Assembly: GCA_036244995.1 (NCBI GenBank)
Contig: BTTF01000002.1
Location: 1 to 47,980, forward strand
Direction of reading: 5' to 3'
Length of the DNA stretch: 47,980 nucleotides
Origin: a bacterium
Lineage (GTDB): Bacteria; Nitrospirota; Thermodesulfovibrionia; Thermodesulfovibrionales; JdFR-85
In this document: in pieces, positions 1-9,032 of the stretch
How positions within the stretch are numbered: the stretch's first letter is position 1
Layout: each line of letters begins with the position of its first letter
Translations under genes and position numbers: made by a program
Notes under the pieces: model-generated
What the model was told of the DNA's origin: nothing
The model's input: the letters and a program-made list of their open reading frames with translations, nothing else
Database searches by the model: none

Positions 1-6
1 TGACAG

Positions 7-1329
7 CTAAAATGTACGCCTGTTATTTGCACTTGAGCCATGGGAATGACAGATAGAACACCTTATGGGAGGCGGCGGATTACTACCCCCGATTCCATGA
101 CAGTTTCTGCACCGGTTCTCTGTATATGGATGATCAGGACTACTGATGTGGTGAATATATTCCCAGGCATTGACCGTTCCACCGTTATAATCATTATCAT
201 CAATGTGACACTGCCTGCAGAGGTAACCGAAATTTTTAGTTCCGCTACCGACTGTCCCGATCAGGAGACTTCCGTTCACCTCTCTTCTTATAAAATAGTC
301 ATTGGGTGAGCCGTGCGGTTCATGGCAGTCGGTACAGGAAAGCACATACTGTCCATAATTTGTGGGTAAAAAGGGAGGGTCTATATCAATTCCTACTGTT
401 GCACCATTCTTTCCATGCTTGTCTCCGGATGTTGTAGCATCTCCACCTGCAGTAACCCAGTCAATAGGTTCCAGGTTTCCTCCAAGCGTAGTGCTGTAAA
501 TTGTGTTTGTCGTATTATGGCAGTCCGTACAGAGGGAGACAAAGTCCGTAAGGTTGGAGCCATCCTGTGTGGTGGACCCATCGGGCTCAAAAGTTGTGGT
601 GGAATTATAACGGTAGGGGGCCTGATACAATAAACCGCCAACATAGTCGCTCATCTTCTCCCCGGCAGCATCCCCCCAGAGTCCCCAGGCATTATTATCC
701 TTGCTGTGCATACTTGGACGAGATACAGGCCAGCCCCTTGTACTGATGCTCTTGGCACTGTTAGGGGCATTAATGGGGTCACCCTGGGCTGAGTGTGGAT
801 TATGGCAGGCAACACAGGGATTTGAGTCAGACGTGTAACCCCATCTTCCGCTAATAAATGTGCTTATATCGTCAAGGTGGTGGGAAGTGCCGGAAGTGGT
901 AAAGTCAAAGGAAAATGCCTCAAGGATATCATTCAGGGTATCTGAGGTCCAGCCGCCTGCCCGAAAGCTGTAACTGCGGTTTACAATACTGCCTCCTGTC
1001 TGATAAGAGCTCATATCAGTATGGCAGTCAAAGCAAAAATCCGAAGTCTGGCCGGTATAGTTTGTATCAAACAGCATATAGTTATCCGGTCCACCGGTAG
1101 GGGCCGGCTCAGACCCGCCGATACTTGCATGTTGCTCATGACAGTGGGCACAGAGCCCTCTCGGATAATCAGTGGGAAAACCGGCGGCAGAGCGTTTGAC
1201 CCCATAGGCGCTATCCCCGTGGGCAGAGTTAAGGTAGGGACCGGCGCCTGCCGGGCCGGTGTACAGAAAGACCACTGCAACAAGGAAGATGACCGATAGA
1301 ATCAATATTGTGTTTTTTCCACGTCTCAA
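7..1329 (-). CDS. secreted octaheme c-type cytochrome
   Basis: 440-aa ORF with a TTG start 8 nt downstream of GGAGG. Hydrophobic signal peptide. Eight CxxCH motifs (CAHCH, CFDCH, CVACH, CTDCH x2, CRQCH, CRNCH, CSICH), widely spaced in a Gly/Ser/Thr-rich sequence. Confidence 0.85.
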   Translation of the reverse strand: MRRGKNTILILSVIFLVAVVFLYTGPAGAGPYLNSAHGDSAYGVKRSAAGFPTDYPRGLCAHCHEQHASIGGSEPAPTGGPDNYMLFDTNYTGQTSDFCFDCHTDMSSYQTGGSIVNRSYSFRAGGWTSDTLNDILEAFSFDFTTSGTSHHLDDISTFISGRWGYTSDSNPCVACHNPHSAQGDPINAPNSAKSISTRGWPVSRPSMHSKDNNAWGLWGDAAGEKMSDYVGGLLYQAPYRYNSTTTFEPDGSTTQDGSNLTDFVSLCTDCHNTTNTIYSTTLGGNLEPIDWVTAGGDATTSGDKHGKNGATVGIDIDPPFLPTNYGQYVLSCTDCHEPHGSPNDYFIRREVNGSLLIGTVGSGTKNFGYLCRQCHIDDNDYNGGTVNAWEYIHHISSPDHPYTENRCRNCHGIGGSNPPPPIRCSICHSHGSSANNRRTF

Positions 1330-1386
1330 TTCTCTAACCTCCAGACCGGCTATTTACTACACGCAACGACCGTGTCATTAATGACT

Positions 1387-2478
1387 TCAGTTCCTGGACG
1401 TATGGCAAACGTTACACCCGTACAGGGCTGTCGGAAGAAAGGTGCTCTTGTAGTTCCACCGCAGCATTTTATAGTAGGGAGAACCATGAGCCCTGTGACA
1501 GGAGAGACAGATAACCCTGTCGGTTCCCGGGGTTACGGTACTCACAGCAGAAGTCAGCCCGTCAGTCAGTGATGCTGCCGGCCTTCCAACAGGCACTGTA
1601 GCCTTATAAATAGTCGACATGGAAGTAAACTCTCCCGAGTCCGGAATAATCACGTCTGTCGGGTGTCTCAGCCACGGTGAAGCTGAACCGATACCGCTGC
1701 TGCCCCCCAAATGAAACGTCGAATGACATTCAGAGCAGAGCTCACTGATTGTTCCCTTCATATTTGCCCATGAGTCAGTAGTACCCCTCGTGGCATAGGT
1801 TTCAGCCAGATACTCATTGTGGTCCGTAGCACTCACGGTAGCCTGCCAGTCACTGTCCTCTGCACCCTTTATCTTGTAGAGGAACCTGTAACTGGTAGCC
1901 ACAGTGGCCCCCTGCCCGGTCAGTGTAAAACCGGCGCTGTACTTGAGGATCGAGTCATCACCGTGATGCCCCCCGCTGACTGCGTCCCACTCATCAGAAA
2001 AATCCCTGTTGCCGTGACAACCGTTAGACCCGGCACATACCAGGCGGCCGGCAGTACTGAACCCTGTTGTTGAAGGATCATAGGCGCTGTTATATCCAGG
2101 CGGCGTATTGCCGAGTGTAACATCTTCCGAGATTATACCCTGAACATTATGTCCGCTCGAGTCTGCAAGTAAAACATAGGAAAAATTCCCTGCTGCAAGG
2201 TCTGTAGGGTCGGAATGGTAAACCTGGGGAATAGTGTTGAAGATATTAGTGCTGCGATTCTGTGCATGACAGCCTATGCAGTTACCACGGAGCAGTCTCT
2301 GGTTGGGCGTAGCAGAGTTGTCATAATTCATAGGAACTCCATCCTGGCTGTTGTGCATGGTGTGGCAGTTGCTGCATACGCCGCTAACCTCTGCCCTCAC
2401 TTCACCGAACAGCATCAGCACCAGCAAAAGAGTAAAGCAGATTAGTGTATGTATCCTTTTATTCATCAGGTTTTGCAA
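1387..2478 (-). CDS. OmcS-like hexaheme c-type cytochrome, paralog 1
   Basis: 363-aa ORF with a signal peptide ending VRA-EV. Five CxxCH motifs plus one CAGSNGCH. The motif series CSNCHTMHNS, GHNV, WLRHPT, CLSCHRAHGSP and C-terminal CNVCHT parallels OmcS as I remember it (CEGCHTMHNS, GHNI, LRHP, CLSCHRAHAS, CNKCHAKD). An alternative ATG start lies at 2466. Confidence 0.8.
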   Translation of the reverse strand: MQNLMNKRIHTLICFTLLLVLMLFGEVRAEVSGVCSNCHTMHNSQDGVPMNYDNSATPNQRLLRGNCIGCHAQNRSTNIFNTIPQVYHSDPTDLAAGNFSYVLLADSSGHNVQGIISEDVTLGNTPPGYNSAYDPSTTGFSTAGRLVCAGSNGCHGNRDFSDEWDAVSGGHHGDDSILKYSAGFTLTGQGATVATSYRFLYKIKGAEDSDWQATVSATDHNEYLAETYATRGTTDSWANMKGTISELCSECHSTFHLGGSSGIGSASPWLRHPTDVIIPDSGEFTSMSTIYKATVPVGRPAASLTDGLTSAVSTVTPGTDRVICLSCHRAHGSPYYKMLRWNYKSTFLPTALYGCNVCHTSRN

Positions 2479-2501
2479 AACACTCCTGAAATTATATATT
2501 T

Positions 2502-2529
2502 ATTATATATTATGCATATTATAATGCAA
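2502..2529 (-). promoter_or_regulatory. candidate sigma-70 promoter for paralog 1 (TTGCAT, 16-nt spacer, TATAAT)
   Basis: The minus strand reads TTGCAT-16 nt-TATAAT about 25 nt upstream of the start codon. The region is very AT-rich, so other -10 hexamers are possible. Confidence 0.35.
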
Positions 2530-2726
2530 TAGCCGTACCATAATATTTACAGATAAACCTTGCAGGGCAACTTCTACCTCTCTGTAAATTATGCAAGCTG
2601 ATACTGCCAAAAAAAAGAGTCTTTTTTAAAAAACTTAAAACATCCAGGTAATTCTGAAACCATTTCCTCTCTATCTGCAAATGAAGACCTAAACACTGTA
2701 ACTCAGTACACACCTTTAGCCTCATT

Positions 2727-4037
2727 TTATTTTTTATGACACTGGATACAGAGCTGTCTCTTTCTATCAAAGGCAAGCATAAAATCAGCCTTGGCTGAGT
2801 GCATACTATGACATGAAATGCAGGTAATCGGCTTACCGTTACGCGGGTCTATGACTCCGGCGCCTAAAGGATGTGTGATTTCATGCTGTGACTCATGGCA
2901 CCTGGAACAGGTTACAATATCATTTGTTTTGAAATAAAGAGGCTGATTCGAATGTCGCGGCACATGACATGCAAAACACTTCCTGTTCTTGACAGGAGCA
3001 CAACGGATGGACTTTAAAGTCTTCTCCATCAGAAGCGTCCTTTTCTCTGTCTTTTCATGGCAGCCGAGACATACGCCTGCTGCATTTACAGTCAGATTCT
3101 TCCTTTTCGATGCATGAGGATTATGACACATGGTGCAGACATTTTTTGCATCAGCGCCATGAACATCCGCCACCTTGAATGTTGCAAGGACATCTTTATG
3201 GCAACCAAGGCACAAGGCATCACCCTTTCTTTTAGTGGTTATCTTCCCATTGGCAACAAAAGGATTATGGCATTGTTCACAATCCTTTTTCAGAAAGGCT
3301 GTATGACCATAAGGACCAAGGAGACCTTTAGCATCAGAGGCGTGTCCTGAGTGACATTTGGTACAATTCATTGCTTTTGTGACATAAGTTATGGAGACCC
3401 CGCCCGCCTTGCACTGTGGGGCATGATGACAGCTTCGGCACAGCTTGGCAGGGGCGGCAAGCAACTGATTCTCCTCCGAAGATGCATGTGCATCATGGCA
3501 TGATGAACATTTCCCCTCCTTAAAAACTGCGTGTATTTCAGTCTTATCAAGTTGCCCCTTAAGGTCCTCGTGGCAATTCCAGCAGAGTTTCTTTTCTGTG
3601 CTGACTAAAAGGTATTTATTTTTCCCGCTATGTGGGGTGTGACAATCCGTACACACACCTTCTTTAAGGGCTCCGTGCAAACTGGACTTCCGTATAAGAT
3701 TCCTGATACCCTTATGACAACCCAGACAGACGGTATCAACCTTGGCTTTCATCAGGCCCTTCGTATCACTCACATGAGAATTATGACATGAAATGCACAT
3801 ACCCTGTTTAAACGGAAAATGGACATACTTGTCAGACAGGCCTTTCTTCAGCTTTACATGACACTGATAGCAAAGAGCCGGCACACTCGTTTTGAGGTCG
3901 GACCGGGCATAGGCATTGCTACCCAAGGCTGATAATATAAACGTTATCAGCATGAAACATGCAGCGATTAAGGTTAATGCTGAAAATCTTCTGTCATTTA
4001 TGACAGGCTTCACAGTCCCCCCTGGCAAATGGATCAT
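2727..4037 (-). CDS. 16-heme c-type cytochrome (c7-like bi-heme repeats)
   Basis: 436-aa ORF with a signal sequence (RRFSALTLIAACFMLITFILSALGSNAYA) and 16 CxxCH motifs, roughly one per 27 aa, often followed by xxH. Its start overlaps the upstream 26-heme gene by 44 nt. An alternative GTG start lies at 4013. Confidence 0.85.
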   Translation of the reverse strand: MIHLPGGTVKPVINDRRFSALTLIAACFMLITFILSALGSNAYARSDLKTSVPALCYQCHVKLKKGLSDKYVHFPFKQGMCISCHNSHVSDTKGLMKAKVDTVCLGCHKGIRNLIRKSSLHGALKEGVCTDCHTPHSGKNKYLLVSTEKKLCWNCHEDLKGQLDKTEIHAVFKEGKCSSCHDAHASSEENQLLAAPAKLCRSCHHAPQCKAGGVSITYVTKAMNCTKCHSGHASDAKGLLGPYGHTAFLKKDCEQCHNPFVANGKITTKRKGDALCLGCHKDVLATFKVADVHGADAKNVCTMCHNPHASKRKNLTVNAAGVCLGCHEKTEKRTLLMEKTLKSIRCAPVKNRKCFACHVPRHSNQPLYFKTNDIVTCSRCHESQHEITHPLGAGVIDPRNGKPITCISCHSMHSAKADFMLAFDRKRQLCIQCHKK

Positions 4038-5979
4038 GCTTTATTTTTTTAAGCAGCCCCGGTTTCTCTGTTACATGGGGTTCATGACAGCTCAGACACT
4101 GCCTGATTTTAGTTACGGACTTTCCGTCATGCACCTTCAACAATCTCTCCGTGTCTGTTGAATGGCACTTAAGACATAACGCCGGGTCCCTGGCATTCAA
4201 CAAGTCTTTTGATTCAGAGTAATGGGCAGTATGACAACTCAAACAGTCCCCTTTTTCCATATCTATATGCCCCTTTCTGACCCTGGTAGTCACTACACTT
4301 TCATGACATGAAAGACAGAGTTCCTCAGGGCGGCTTAAAAGTTGATACTCAACCTTGGTCCCATGTGGACTATGACAGGCCGTACATTTCCCTTCCTCCA
4401 CTGGCAGGTGCCTGTGTTTGCTGCCCTTTAGCGCGGCCTTTGTGGCCTTATGACACTTGTAACAAAGCTCCGCCATAGGCATGAGAGTGTTTGCCGTGTA
4501 ATCACTGGCATGTGGGGCATGACATGTCAGGCACTCCCGGTCCCTGAATGGAGGATGCATCTCCTTTGCTTTAACCTCCGGCAACATACTGTCATGACAA
4601 TTGAGGCAGAGCTGAGCCGGCGAACTGCTCAGCAAATTCCTGTAATCAGATGCATGCGCCTTATGGCAGGAAAGACATTCTCCTTTATTCACAGGTGTAT
4701 GAATATAGGTCTTAAAAAACTCCTTCTCCTCCTTTTTATGACAGCTATAGCATAACTGAGCCCGCACAGCCTTAAGCATATCAGGAGTATCGGTGCCGTG
4801 GGGATCATGGCATTTTGTGCATTGAAGCTCGGAGAACGGCTTATGCGTGGATATTTCTTTTAACTCCTTTTTCATACCGGTATGACATGTAAGGCATATC
4901 TGCCCTTCAGGTGCATTCAGATAAAAAGGATTTCCGGAGCCGTGCGGGTCGTGACAGACTGTGCAGCCTTCCTCCTTTTTTATGGGTGCATGCAAGTCAG
5001 TCACGTCAATCTTAGGCTTACCGGCATGACACTTTAAACAAAGAGCCTTTTCATCCATAAGGGTAAGCTTCGGATAATCCGAGGCATGCGGACTGTGACA
5101 GTCAAGACATTTCCCCGCGCCCGCGGGAGGATGCCTGTAAGCCGTTTTAAACGCCTTCTCTTCTTTCTTATGACAGATATAGCATAGTTTGGCATCCTGA
5201 GCAATAACACCAAGTGGATCCGGACCTCCCGCGGGTTTATGGCAGGAGCTGCATTGCCCGAGTTCCAGGGGAACATGGACCGATTTCCTGAGCAAGTTGT
5301 CATTTGTTGAACTGTGGGGGTTATGACAGCCTGTACATTTACCCTGTTGAACCGGATAATTCTTATGTGCCTTCCTGAAACTACCCGCCGCAGGGTCATG
5401 ACACGACCGGCAGAGATCCGCTTCATCCTTTATGAGATTATCCTTATATTTAGAGCCATGGGCTGCATGACATACAAGACATCCGTCTGAAAGGGGTTTA
5501 TGGCGATTAGCCCTCATAAAGGGAGCCCTGTCATGACAGGTAAAACACTGCTCACTGCCCTTGTTTTTCAGAAAAAACCTGTTTTCAGATGCATGGGGGT
5601 TATGGCAGGGGACACACTTGCCCTGCTTCAGGGCAGTATGCACATTCGGTAATTTAGCTATATCCGAGGCCATCTTCTGATGACAGGTAAAACAGAGCTT
5701 TCGCTCCTCCCTCTCCCTGAAGGATTTAACAGCGAGCCTTCCATGACGAAGGTGGCATGCCTCACAGTCCCGCTTACTTACCGGAGAATGCACATACTTC
5801 TTCTGAAATTCCTTCAGTTGCTCCTTGTGACAATCCAGGCAGGGTTTTGGTTCAAATCCCTTCCTTCTTGCCATATCTTCAGGAACACATGCATAGATGA
5901 GGCTTAAGATAAAAAACAGAAGGAGGACTTTTAAGATATTCTTTCCTTTGGGGTTAATCATTCCTCTCACAATTGCCAA
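3994..5979 (-). CDS. 26-heme c-type cytochrome
   Basis: 661-aa ORF with an N-terminal hydrophobic segment ending LIYAC, a possible lipobox. I counted 26 CxxCH motifs by hand, about one per 25 aa. The repeated pattern is H-x(8-12)-CxxCH-xPH. TTG start at 5979, alternative ATG at 5961. Confidence 0.85.
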   Translation of the reverse strand: MAIVRGMINPKGKNILKVLLLFFILSLIYACVPEDMARRKGFEPKPCLDCHKEQLKEFQKKYVHSPVSKRDCEACHLRHGRLAVKSFREREERKLCFTCHQKMASDIAKLPNVHTALKQGKCVPCHNPHASENRFFLKNKGSEQCFTCHDRAPFMRANRHKPLSDGCLVCHAAHGSKYKDNLIKDEADLCRSCHDPAAGSFRKAHKNYPVQQGKCTGCHNPHSSTNDNLLRKSVHVPLELGQCSSCHKPAGGPDPLGVIAQDAKLCYICHKKEEKAFKTAYRHPPAGAGKCLDCHSPHASDYPKLTLMDEKALCLKCHAGKPKIDVTDLHAPIKKEEGCTVCHDPHGSGNPFYLNAPEGQICLTCHTGMKKELKEISTHKPFSELQCTKCHDPHGTDTPDMLKAVRAQLCYSCHKKEEKEFFKTYIHTPVNKGECLSCHKAHASDYRNLLSSSPAQLCLNCHDSMLPEVKAKEMHPPFRDRECLTCHAPHASDYTANTLMPMAELCYKCHKATKAALKGSKHRHLPVEEGKCTACHSPHGTKVEYQLLSRPEELCLSCHESVVTTRVRKGHIDMEKGDCLSCHTAHYSESKDLLNARDPALCLKCHSTDTERLLKVHDGKSVTKIRQCLSCHEPHVTEKPGLLKKIKHDPFARGDCEACHK

Positions 5980-6053
5980 TCTCTATCCAATCCTTCCCGT
6001 TTACCCAGGTTAGAATAATTTATCCCTGACCGGTTTTGTTTGTCAAGGACAAA

Positions 6054-7805
6054 CTATTTCCGGAGCCTTTCCTCAAGTGACTTTACTGCCTTATCATATA
6101 TCTTTATACGCGCCTTTGCCTTCAACTGTGCTACAAACTTATCCCGGAGGGCATTAAACTGTTCTTTAAAACAGGCCTTGTAAACAGCATCTCTTACTTC
6201 TTCGAACCTCCCGATTTCACCCTTAAGCTTTCCCTGCAAACGGATTATTCTGTAAAATGAACTCACCTTGAATACCGGACTTATCTCTCCCGTCTTCAGT
6301 GCAGCCACAATCTCCCTTACAGGCCCTGGAAATTCCTGCATGGTAAGCCATCCAACCTCTCCACCTTTTGGACCTGCAGAATCAATCGACTTCTTCATAG
6401 CCAGCCATGAAAAATCCGTACCATCCTGCAGATTGCTCAACAGCTCCCTGGCCTCATCCATGGTCTTCACCGTAATCTGCCGGACTCTAAACCTGACAGG
6501 TTCGGCAAAATCTTCCCGGTGTTTCATATAGTAGTCTTTCAAGCTCTTATCTGAAACTTTGATCTTTGGGATAATTACTTTATTGATGAATGCCTGCTTT
6601 AATAACTGGTCCTCATAACGCTCTATCTTTTTCTTTAAATCCGGTGCAGTCTCGTAATGCCGGCTGAGTGCCTCATGGTCAACCACCTTACGGTCAATCC
6701 AGCTATTAAGGATATTTTCCTTTGCTTTCCCCTTGTAAGGCCTGGCCATGGCTGCAAACTCACCTGCAGTAAGGACCGAGCCATTCACCTCTGCCACTGC
6801 CCTTTTATCCTTTGACCAATCAGATGCCTTCTCATCCCCCTTATCCCGGCTTATAGCTGAAAGCAGCTCCTTATTAACCTTAACGGCAGCGTGTTCACGG
6901 AGATATTCCAGGTATTCATCGGCACGCTCTTTTTCCTTCTGTTTCCTGACAATCTTCTCTATCTCTTTTCGGACATTTTTAAGGTCTTCATCAGGCGCCT
7001 CTTTCCTGCTGACCAGCTTTACTATATAATATTTATCCCGTATTTTAAGAATATCACTCAACTCACCGGGGCTGAGACCGGCTATAGCTTCACCAATATA
7101 GGGTGACATGGACCTTCGTGTAAGGACAACATCCACTCCATTTTTCCCGGAATGATGAGTAGAATACTTCCGGGCAAGGTCACTGAAGTCGGCTCCCTTC
7201 TTTAGTTGTCCTGCTATATTACCGGCCTCTTCTTTTGAACTTACCTCAATAATGCCAAGCGAAAACCTCTCATAGTTCTTCTTGTAATAGCCTGGAATAT
7301 CCTTATCCGATATTGAGACCTTACGGGAAATCTCCTCGTCATAAAGCTTCACGACCGACTCCCTCAGAATATACGCCTTAACAGCCTGTTGTACCTGGGG
7401 GTCCTGCTCCATGCCCATACGGCGGGCTTCCTCAATAATCAGCATATCATCTATCAGCTTCTGCACATACTCCGACAGAATCAAGTTCCCTGCAGAGGAG
7501 AGGTCTTCCCTGCGATGGGTTATCTGCAGCGAATACTTCAAATCTTCTTCAGTAATGGGCTCGCCATCAACAACTGCCAATATCTTTTCCCTTGCCGTTA
7601 TCTCCCCCCTCTGCCGAAGGGAGACACAACCACCCACAAAAGCAAACAGCAGGAAGAAAACAACAACAGATAAAATTCCTGCATTTATAGAGGCTGCAGT
7701 CTTTCCCGTATTGGAAGAGCTGCCGGGCGAAATCCCTGACTGTTGACCGGTGACTATGGCCTGCCTTTGCGCCATACTGCTATCTCCGTTTTTTATCATT
7801 TTCAT
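6054..7805 (-). CDS. lipoprotein peptidyl-prolyl cis-trans isomerase, SurA/PpiD-like with two parvulin-type domains
   Basis: 583-aa ORF with a membrane or lipoprotein signal (FAFVGGC). It has a SurA-N-like helical region and two parvulin-like segments (FSLGIIEVSSKEEA...DKYYIVKL and FRVRQITVKT...SSFYRIIRL). Confidence 0.7.
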   Translation of the reverse strand: MKMIKNGDSSMAQRQAIVTGQQSGISPGSSSNTGKTAASINAGILSVVVFFLLFAFVGGCVSLRQRGEITAREKILAVVDGEPITEEDLKYSLQITHRREDLSSAGNLILSEYVQKLIDDMLIIEEARRMGMEQDPQVQQAVKAYILRESVVKLYDEEISRKVSISDKDIPGYYKKNYERFSLGIIEVSSKEEAGNIAGQLKKGADFSDLARKYSTHHSGKNGVDVVLTRRSMSPYIGEAIAGLSPGELSDILKIRDKYYIVKLVSRKEAPDEDLKNVRKEIEKIVRKQKEKERADEYLEYLREHAAVKVNKELLSAISRDKGDEKASDWSKDKRAVAEVNGSVLTAGEFAAMARPYKGKAKENILNSWIDRKVVDHEALSRHYETAPDLKKKIERYEDQLLKQAFINKVIIPKIKVSDKSLKDYYMKHREDFAEPVRFRVRQITVKTMDEARELLSNLQDGTDFSWLAMKKSIDSAGPKGGEVGWLTMQEFPGPVREIVAALKTGEISPVFKVSSFYRIIRLQGKLKGEIGRFEEVRDAVYKACFKEQFNALRDKFVAQLKAKARIKIYDKAVKSLEERLRK

Positions 7806-7815
7806 TACCTGTACG

Positions 7816-8985
7816 TTACCGTGACAAGGGCTCTCCTGTTTTTTTCACCTCGGAAGATGGCACTGAAACGGCAGGAACCGTTGCCCCGCATACTTTTTCA
7901 GCCCTTTTTACTAATTTTGAGACTATCCTGGAAGCCACTTTATCCACAGATCTTATCCTTCCCCAGTCAAGGACAATTATATCGTCATCACCCCTTAGTT
8001 GACAGCTCTCGCACCACAAGACCCTGTTTTTACGGGCATCTACTATTCTGGCGCTAATAGAGACCTCAGGTGGAGAGGAAGCATTTAATCCGTCAGAGTA
8101 AAGCTCCACAGTCCCGACTAAAAAACCATCCACCCCCAGGGAATCAGAAAGGGCCTTCATATCCCTGAAATCCAGTTCTCCCCTCTCCCTGACCCTTAAA
8201 TCCACTACCGATCTTCTGACTTCTCCGTATTCCACCGGTTCAAAAACAGGATTCTTAAATAATTCCACTAAAAACATGTAAGTAGCTATCATACCTGCAT
8301 CTCTGACTCCACTGTTATTCCGAAACGGCATCACAGCAATTCTGTACGTATCTTTTGTCTCTTTTGTCTCTTTTCGGGACGGCATGACGGTGAAAGAGGC
8401 AAGCAATCTGTCCGCAACCCTGGGGAGCAGGTTATCCATGTTTTTTATTCTGCGCAAACCGAGGATTGCCGTAAAATCATCTCCTGTAGCAGAGGCATTA
8501 TCAGCCCAGAGGATAAGGCCGGTGGATGAATCAATCAGGCGGGCTGAAAAACCAACCCCTGGATTTTCTCCTCGTGAAAACAGGTTAACAGAACCGAGCA
8601 AAACAGCCTTTACCTTCAATTCCGCTCCTATCTTCCTGGCCATATCCCTTGAAATGTATCCGGTAGCCCTGATCCTCTCTTTAAGCAGAAACCTGTTGAG
8701 GCTATCCTCATCCACTACGTCAAACCCCTTGCCCTCCAGCCGGGTTCTCAACACCGGCATAACGTATCTCAGGGCATCCCTGTCCTCGCTTAGATTCACA
8801 AAAGGAAAGAGGGCTATTCTTTCCTTCAAAACTCTCCCCTCTCCACGGGACGATTGGACTGCATAGCAAACATTGGTAATAAAGAAGAGCGAGAAGATAA
8901 CGATTAGAAAAGAAGACGCCAATCGGTCAGGGCTACGAAGCACGTTTCGTCTCACGGCCACGTTGTTCAGTTCTTTTTTAGTCAT
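7816..8985 (-). CDS. secreted protein with two tandem CsgG/TolB-N/LpoB-like alpha/beta modules
   Basis: 389-aa ORF with an N-terminal hydrophobic signal. It has two internal repeats beginning RIALFPFVNLS and RIAVMPFRNNSG. Both are similar to the single module in the next two genes. Confidence 0.6.
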   Translation of the reverse strand: MTKKELNNVAVRRNVLRSPDRLASSFLIVIFSLFFITNVCYAVQSSRGEGRVLKERIALFPFVNLSEDRDALRYVMPVLRTRLEGKGFDVVDEDSLNRFLLKERIRATGYISRDMARKIGAELKVKAVLLGSVNLFSRGENPGVGFSARLIDSSTGLILWADNASATGDDFTAILGLRRIKNMDNLLPRVADRLLASFTVMPSRKETKETKDTYRIAVMPFRNNSGVRDAGMIATYMFLVELFKNPVFEPVEYGEVRRSVVDLRVRERGELDFRDMKALSDSLGVDGFLVGTVELYSDGLNASSPPEVSISARIVDARKNRVLWCESCQLRGDDDIIVLDWGRIRSVDKVASRIVSKLVKRAEKVCGATVPAVSVPSSEVKKTGEPLSR

Positions 8986-9032
8986 TTGTCACATGTCGAT
9001 AATCATTACAACAGGTTATAAATAGATTATTT

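Noticed and set aside
2519-2776. 85-aa minus-strand ORF between the 16-heme gene and paralog 1.
   Set aside because: It overlaps the 3' end of the 16-heme cytochrome gene in another frame and runs through the AT-rich promoter region. It has no SD or motif.
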